From a bacterium (GTDB lineage: Bacteria > Patescibacteriota > Microgenomatia > Curtissbacterales > GWA2-41-24), in the NCBI GenBank assembly GCA_021813945.1, contig JAKAJD010000001.1:560412-624411 (forward strand): a DNA stretch of 64,000 nucleotides, read 5' to 3'. A program made the position numbers and the translations under genes. Positions 59,099 to 64,000 of this stretch are shown piece after piece. The stretch's first letter is position 1. Every line of letters starts with the position of its first letter. The notes beneath the pieces are model-generated. The model made no database searches, was not told where the DNA came from, and saw nothing but the letters and a program-made list of their open reading frames with translations.

Positions 59099-60021
59099 TT
59101 TATGTCGCAGAAAGCAACCTTGCCGCCACCTTCAATGTTTGTGGTTGTAATTGGAAAATCGGAAAGTTTGTCCATATCCGGCGGACTTTCTGTTGTATTG
59201 GCCGTAACTCGCAACCCTTGTACTCCTGCCTGCCCAGAATAAGAATCAATGCTCATTCTCCATAAATCGACAGAAATTTTAACTTGTCGCGGTGCTAACC
59301 TTACTCTTTGGCCTTCGAACTGGGAAACAGCAAAACCATCCCTTGCCAAGGCCAAAGCCAAAATTAATTCTGAATCTTCTGGTTTTACCCTTTGGAATGG
59401 ATAATAGGCCGGGTTATTCGGGTCGTCCGGAAAAAGGCTCTCAAACATCACTTCTCCGACAGTCTCCGGATCCCTAATTTCCAGCGTTTCGCCGGTTTGT
59501 AGATCTTCTCGAACCAAATACCGGCCGGAGCCCCCATGAGTGTCGGGATATGTGTCGAGATACTTTGCTCGGTTACCGCCGGGGTACTGTATAATCTCCG
59601 AAACTTCCTTAAATTTGTATTTTCCGGCTAAGGCATCGTTTACAACATCCGTCCAGTTCTTGCCGTCAATTTGCCTTAGCGTATTTAATTTTTCGTACGT
59701 GACATCACAAGCATAAGGAAGTTCAACAGGAGTCGATGTCGGCTCTGGTGCCTTAGTCCTTTCCGTTGTCACCGACCCAAACGTCTCTGTTGGTGTTTTG
59801 GAACCTTCAGCACGCCCATCTCTACAGGCTACGGAAAGAAATAGTAAAGCAAAACCACCTAAAGCAACTGCACCGACAGCCCTTGGTCCTCTTATGTGTT
59901 CCTGATGAGAATTTCTTGTTATCTTTGGTTCCCTATTTGTAGAATTTTGCCCAACATTTCCAGGCCTATCTGAAGGTTCTTGTGGGAGTACTGACTGGCC
60001 TGCCTCAACCTGCCAACTCAT
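59095..60021 (-). CDS. Putative lipoprotein-like exported protein
   Basis: LSVA|C lipobox-like motif after a long N-extension; TTGACT-16-TATAAT upstream. Confidence 0.65.
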   Translation of the reverse strand: MSWQVEAGQSVLPQEPSDRPGNVGQNSTNREPKITRNSHQEHIRGPRAVGAVALGGFALLFLSVACRDGRAEGSKTPTETFGSVTTERTKAPEPTSTPVELPYACDVTYEKLNTLRQIDGKNWTDVVNDALAGKYKFKEVSEIIQYPGGNRAKYLDTYPDTHGGSGRYLVREDLQTGETLEIRDPETVGEVMFESLFPDDPNNPAYYPFQRVKPEDSELILALALARDGFAVSQFEGQRVRLAPRQVKISVDLWRMSIDSYSGQAGVQGLRVTANTTESPPDMDKLSDFPITTTNIEGGGKVAFCDIK

Positions 60022-60078
60022 TTAAGATTGATAAATTATACTACCGCATTGCAAGTAGTCAAAAATTGAAAGAAAAAT

Positions 60079-61248
60079 CTACCTTAGAGTGCAGTTATCA
60101 CCCAGTTTAAAACTGGCAAAAGCTTCCTGAGCGTCGGATGCACCAATAACCCCATCCGCCGGCCCCGGAAGCCATGGTTTTGAAGGATCCGGCAAAGGGC
60201 CGCGGTCATATTCCAAACCGTCTTTAATTCCATTTTTGTTTAAATCCTGTTCATATTCCGCAGATCCATTCTTCGCTGCCTTTTTAAAATATGCATAAAC
60301 AGCATCGGCATCCGCCGCGCTTATGGCGCTGTCAGCAAATACTTTTGTCGGGTCCGGCGCAGCAAACAATGCAGGCACCGGCACACTGTAAAAATCCCAT
60401 TTATTTTTATAGTCCCGCTGACCACCTAATTTATGGTCGGGGCCAAGTTCCTTAACATCTGTACAGGCATCACCGTCGGTATCAACTCTCCTAAAAACAT
60501 CGGCAATTACACCATGACCTGTTTGACTTGGGTGAAGACCGTCTGTCTGGATATACCCCTTTGCCACCGGATCTTCCGTCCCGCTTGCCCCATTGAAAGC
60601 TTTATGAACATCTGCCACGCCAAGACCCAAAGAAGTGCTTCGGGTAGCAATATAGCTGTTCATCAGCTGCAAATACTGGTCCCGCGCAGGATAAGCCGTG
60701 TCCACAGCAACATAAGGATTGTATAAATTCATAACCGAGATGTATAAATTGCTTTTGGTATTTAGTGTTCTAATCTCGGAAATAATCGCGTCAAAATTGG
60801 ATTTGTAAGTTGCAAGTACCGGGTCAAAACATACAGAGCTTGAACAGCCGTTCCACCTAGCAACCCACCAATCAACCGTACCGGTATCTATCGTAATAAA
60901 ATCTGCACTCGAAATCGCCGACCGGAAAACAGTATCCGTTTTGACTTTATTAAGAAGATCACTACTGGGAAGACTCGGAATTGCCAAATTGTTAAGGTTT
61001 GTCGAAACCGCCTCATCATTTGCGATATTGCCGTTGAAAGTAGAAACCCAACCGTGGGAAGAATCCGGCAAACCGTATCCTGCTGAAATGGAATCACCCA
61101 GCGCCACATAGTTAACGGAACCGGCCGCGCCAATCACCATCTTTTGGGTGGCAAAATAAACGAAAGCGATAAAGGCAGGAATAACCAAAAGAATGAATAA
61201 AACGGAAAGCAGCAGATTTGTCTTATGCCGGTTTCGCTTGCTGGACAT
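60079..61248 (-). CDS. SGNH/GDSL hydrolase with conserved C-terminal tail
   Basis: YVALGDSISAG, LYNPY, DGLHPS..GH; C-terminal DTDGDACTD.KELG...GGQRD domain. Confidence 0.88.
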   Translation of the reverse strand: MSSKRNRHKTNLLLSVLFILLVIPAFIAFVYFATQKMVIGAAGSVNYVALGDSISAGYGLPDSSHGWVSTFNGNIANDEAVSTNLNNLAIPSLPSSDLLNKVKTDTVFRSAISSADFITIDTGTVDWWVARWNGCSSSVCFDPVLATYKSNFDAIISEIRTLNTKSNLYISVMNLYNPYVAVDTAYPARDQYLQLMNSYIATRSTSLGLGVADVHKAFNGASGTEDPVAKGYIQTDGLHPSQTGHGVIADVFRRVDTDGDACTDVKELGPDHKLGGQRDYKNKWDFYSVPVPALFAAPDPTKVFADSAISAADADAVYAYFKKAAKNGSAEYEQDLNKNGIKDGLEYDRGPLPDPSKPWLPGPADGVIGASDAQEAFASFKLGDNCTLR

Positions 61249-61289
61249 ACTTAAATTCTAATAACAAATCATGCCCATAGTCAAAATTT

Positions 61290-61715
61290 TCACTTTGGGC
61301 TGATTACAAAACCGTTTAAAAGATATTCACCGCAACCTGTATTTTGGATTAAAGCCTGAGCCTTGTAAGGTAGCTTTTTGTGGTCAAAACTTGCGAACAA
61401 ATTCCCGTCTGCACCCTCCATTACTTTGGCAATATCCTCTTTTCCGGAAATATAGCCGAGGCTTGCCAAAAGATTAACGGCAAAATAATTTCTCGCCTTG
61501 AATCTTCGTGCCGGTGATAATTCGCTTATTTTCACCGGATCAACAATCAGAATGTCCCTCAAGCTTCTTTTCTTAGACCCGTTCTCCTCGTCTGGAACAA
61601 ACATTCTAGGAAACCGAATTGCCCGCGGACTCAAAGCTACGCCCAACCTACCAGCTATCTGTTCAGCCTCATTCGCAACGAGATCTTTGTATTCAAAGCT
61701 AATTTCCTTTGACAT
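61290..61715 (-). CDS. Hypothetical protein
   Basis: ORF with TGCTATATT shortly upstream of ATG 61715. Confidence 0.5.
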   Translation of the reverse strand: MSKEISFEYKDLVANEAEQIAGRLGVALSPRAIRFPRMFVPDEENGSKKRSLRDILIVDPVKISELSPARRFKARNYFAVNLLASLGYISGKEDIAKVMEGADGNLFASFDHKKLPYKAQALIQNTGCGEYLLNGFVISPK

Positions 61716-61803
61716 CGCCGCGAAATATAGCAGAATCAAATCTAAAAATCAAACTATCGGGTTAAATTTTAGCAGTAACTGGTCTTGATTGATAGCTAAT
61801 ACC

Positions 61804-62655
61804 CTAGTTGTAAATTAGCTTGCCTTTTGAGTCCAAATCTACCTCAATATCCCCCATTTTGTCGGTTCTAAGAATTTTTACCCCAACCGCATCCAGAATA
61901 TCCAAAACCTCTTTGTTTGGATGGCCAAACTTGTTATTTTGCCCAACCGAAATCAAGGCCACGGAAGGCTTGACCTCATCAAGCACTCTTTGGTTTGTAC
62001 CTGTCTTTGATCCGTGATGTGCAACCTTTAGAATATCGCACTTCCCGTTTACTACGAGTTCCAAAATTTCTTTAGGTATATCGCCCGTAAAATATGCACA
62101 TTTGCCCGCGTAGTTTAGCTTCAGAATCACCGACGACTCGTTAACGTCTGTTGGTGGTTTGGCTTGCCATATTTCGTAACGCGACTTGGCAGGCCACAAA
62201 ACATCGAAACTTACTCCGCCCACGCTAATTGCATCCCCTGCCATTGGTTTGTAAACTTTCGAGCCCTCATTAACTAGTGCTTTCTGCCATTCTCTATAAA
62301 GCTCTGTATCATTCTCGACGCCTGTAGTCACCATATTTTCAACCTCATAATTGGCAAAAACTGCCATCTGCCCCTCCATATGATCCTGCTGCGGATGCGT
62401 CAAAACCATCATTTCCACTTTTCTATCCCAAAAAGGCATGTAGCGCGAAAGGCAGTCTGCAATCTTTGTTCCCGGCCCGGCGTCAATAACAACATCATCA
62501 CCTTTTGGAGTAATAACTAATAGCCCGTCACCCTGCCCGACGTCGCAGGCAATAATCCTAAGCTTCCCGAGTTTAAAAGAAGCAGACGCCGCGAGAATCC
62601 CGAGAACAAAAAGGCAAATGGAAACACCTAAAATCGCTTTGTTTTTACCATCCAT
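61804..62655 (-). CDS. ComEC/Rec2-type metallo-beta-lactamase domain protein
   Basis: DVGQGD, IDAGP, LTHPQQDHMEG, NESS, FTGD, LKVAHHGS, N.FGHP, RTD..G. Confidence 0.92.
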   Translation of the reverse strand: MDGKNKAILGVSICLFVLGILAASASFKLGKLRIIACDVGQGDGLLVITPKGDDVVIDAGPGTKIADCLSRYMPFWDRKVEMMVLTHPQQDHMEGQMAVFANYEVENMVTTGVENDTELYREWQKALVNEGSKVYKPMAGDAISVGGVSFDVLWPAKSRYEIWQAKPPTDVNESSVILKLNYAGKCAYFTGDIPKEILELVVNGKCDILKVAHHGSKTGTNQRVLDEVKPSVALISVGQNNKFGHPNKEVLDILDAVGVKILRTDKMGDIEVDLDSKGKLIYN

Positions 62656-63965
62656 AAGAAAGTTAATAAAACGATATAGGCAGATATTACCAAAATCCAG
62701 TTACCTTGACCAAAGCTATATTGGCCAAACGGCAAAGCAGCAAAACACCGAACGACCTGCGAAAAATAAAACGCAGGAACAAAGGCAAAGTAAGCAAAAA
62801 GCTGCGCCACCGGTATAAATACGAGGCTAGCGGCAGCCGTAACAAAACCCAAAACCATAATCGGAAAAACCGCCTCGGCAACCAGTAAATTTGCAAGCGG
62901 TGCCAAAGGTGAAATCCGGCCGAAATAAAAAATAATAACTGGCGCCGTAAACAAATAGGCGCTTGTTGCAATGGCTGCATTTTGGACTAACGATTCTTTC
63001 AACCAGGAATGTCGCGAAGGAGCTCTCGAGGGAGTGATCTCCGAGTTTTGACTGCGATGCACATCATGGAGATTTAAAACCGACCGTTGATCACGACCGA
63101 GAGAGTGACTGAGCGAAATCAAAGGTAGGCTGACGGGATTCCCTCGCAAAAGCGCACTCAAAACACCATCCAACCATTTTCCCAACGTCAGAATCCCTAA
63201 TGTTGCCGCAAAAGTTAGCTGAAAAGAAACTTCAAAAAGCGACTGCGGGAAAAGAAAAACGATGATAAAAGCAGCCATGCCCAAAGTCCACAAAACATTC
63301 ACTTCCCTGCCAAAAAACATAGCGAGAGTCACTGCAAAAACCATCACCGCCGCCCGCAAAACCGGCGGTTCGAATCCTGCCAAAAACGCATAAGCTACAA
63401 CTGCAAAAGTCGCCAAAACAAGGCTTTTCCTCCGGCCAATATAAGGCGCAAGCGCCATTAAAATTCCGGAAACTATCATAAGGTTTTGGCCTGAAACTAC
63501 AACTACGTGGATTGTGCCCGTTTTGGTGAGTTCATCGCGGAATTGCTGCCCGATATTATCAACCCCCAAGACCGAACCAACTACCAAAGTTGCTTCCCTG
63601 GCAGGCAGCATTGCGCCTATATTTCTGCTAATTTTGTCCCGAAGTCTTGTGCGCAGCAATCCAAATCCGCCTGCTTCCCCAACTTTCTCAACCTTAGCCG
63701 AAAACATTTTGCCGCTATCATTAATTTTCCCCGAAACCAAAATTCTATCCCCAACCCTATATTTTGGATAAAGACCCGTATAGATTTTGGCGTCTGCAAT
63801 AGATATCACCTGTCCGGTTTCGTATATTTTAGGCTCGCTTTTTACCGTCGCTTCAAATTTCAAATCGACATTTCTAGGCAAAGATTGGGGTTTATTAAGC
63901 CACAACCTAATACCGATTGATAAGATTAAAAAAGCAAGAAGGATTATATAGGCAGACCTCGGCAC
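62628..63965 (-). CDS. comEC: ComEC/Rec2 competence membrane protein with in-frame insertion
   Basis: TGTIHVVVVSGQN, PPVLRAAVM, SFQLTFAATLG, NLLV..P; ~50 atypical residues between TLGKWL and AIATSAY. Confidence 0.9.
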   Translation of the reverse strand: MPRSAYIILLAFLILSIGIRLWLNKPQSLPRNVDLKFEATVKSEPKIYETGQVISIADAKIYTGLYPKYRVGDRILVSGKINDSGKMFSAKVEKVGEAGGFGLLRTRLRDKISRNIGAMLPAREATLVVGSVLGVDNIGQQFRDELTKTGTIHVVVVSGQNLMIVSGILMALAPYIGRRKSLVLATFAVVAYAFLAGFEPPVLRAAVMVFAVTLAMFFGREVNVLWTLGMAAFIIVFLFPQSLFEVSFQLTFAATLGILTLGKWLDGVLSALLRGNPVSLPLISLSHSLGRDQRSVLNLHDVHRSQNSEITPSRAPSRHSWLKESLVQNAAIATSAYLFTAPVIIFYFGRISPLAPLANLLVAEAVFPIMVLGFVTAAASLVFIPVAQLFAYFAFVPAFYFSQVVRCFAALPFGQYSFGQGNWILVISAYIVLLTFLWMVKTKRF

Positions 63966-64000
63966 TAGTAGGTTATTTTATCTTTGATTTTTTCAAAGAC

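Noticed and set aside
1-64000. Alternative genetic code or prophage
   Set aside because: Known genes translate full-length with the standard code and TGA acts as a stop; no integrase, terminase or capsid genes are seen.

Overview
A gene-dense chromosomal segment that looks like a Patescibacteria/CPR genome, probably Microgenomates-like. This is inferred from gene content: GFTLIE pilins, a PEGA protein, sortase, CAP protein, split comEC, four-helix-bundle genes, SNTGNN/TGDA repeat proteins and -10 boxes sitting directly before start codons. Housekeeping genes are mreB, ndk, argS, an M16 peptidase, comEC plus its MBL partner, tRNA-Arg(CCT) and tRNA-Pro(CGG). The window also has a ~13 kb glycosyltransferase locus led by a four-module GT2-GT2-flippase-GT4 fusion, and many secreted or surface proteins. 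The strongest candidate for an undescribed system is a 1786-aa alpha-2-macroglobulin. It has no CxEQ thioester motif, but it carries a complete 129-aa Hint (intein-like) domain after a Gly6 linker, in the bait region, and the Hint Cys is the only Cys I can find in the protein. Other unusual signals: (1) an intact tRNA-Pro nested inside a second, interrupted tRNA-Pro-like frame; (2) about 20 paired copies of a REP-like palindrome with covarying arms; (3) a second hairpin family, with a related hairpin inserted in-frame in comEC; (4) two pilins carrying swapped-in domains behind an internal signal-peptide-like motif; (5) four-helix-bundle genes bracketed by inverted short-repeat arrays; (6) a shared Chloroflexi-like C-terminal tail on different secreted enzymes. 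All calls come from reading the sequence by eye; no database searches were run.
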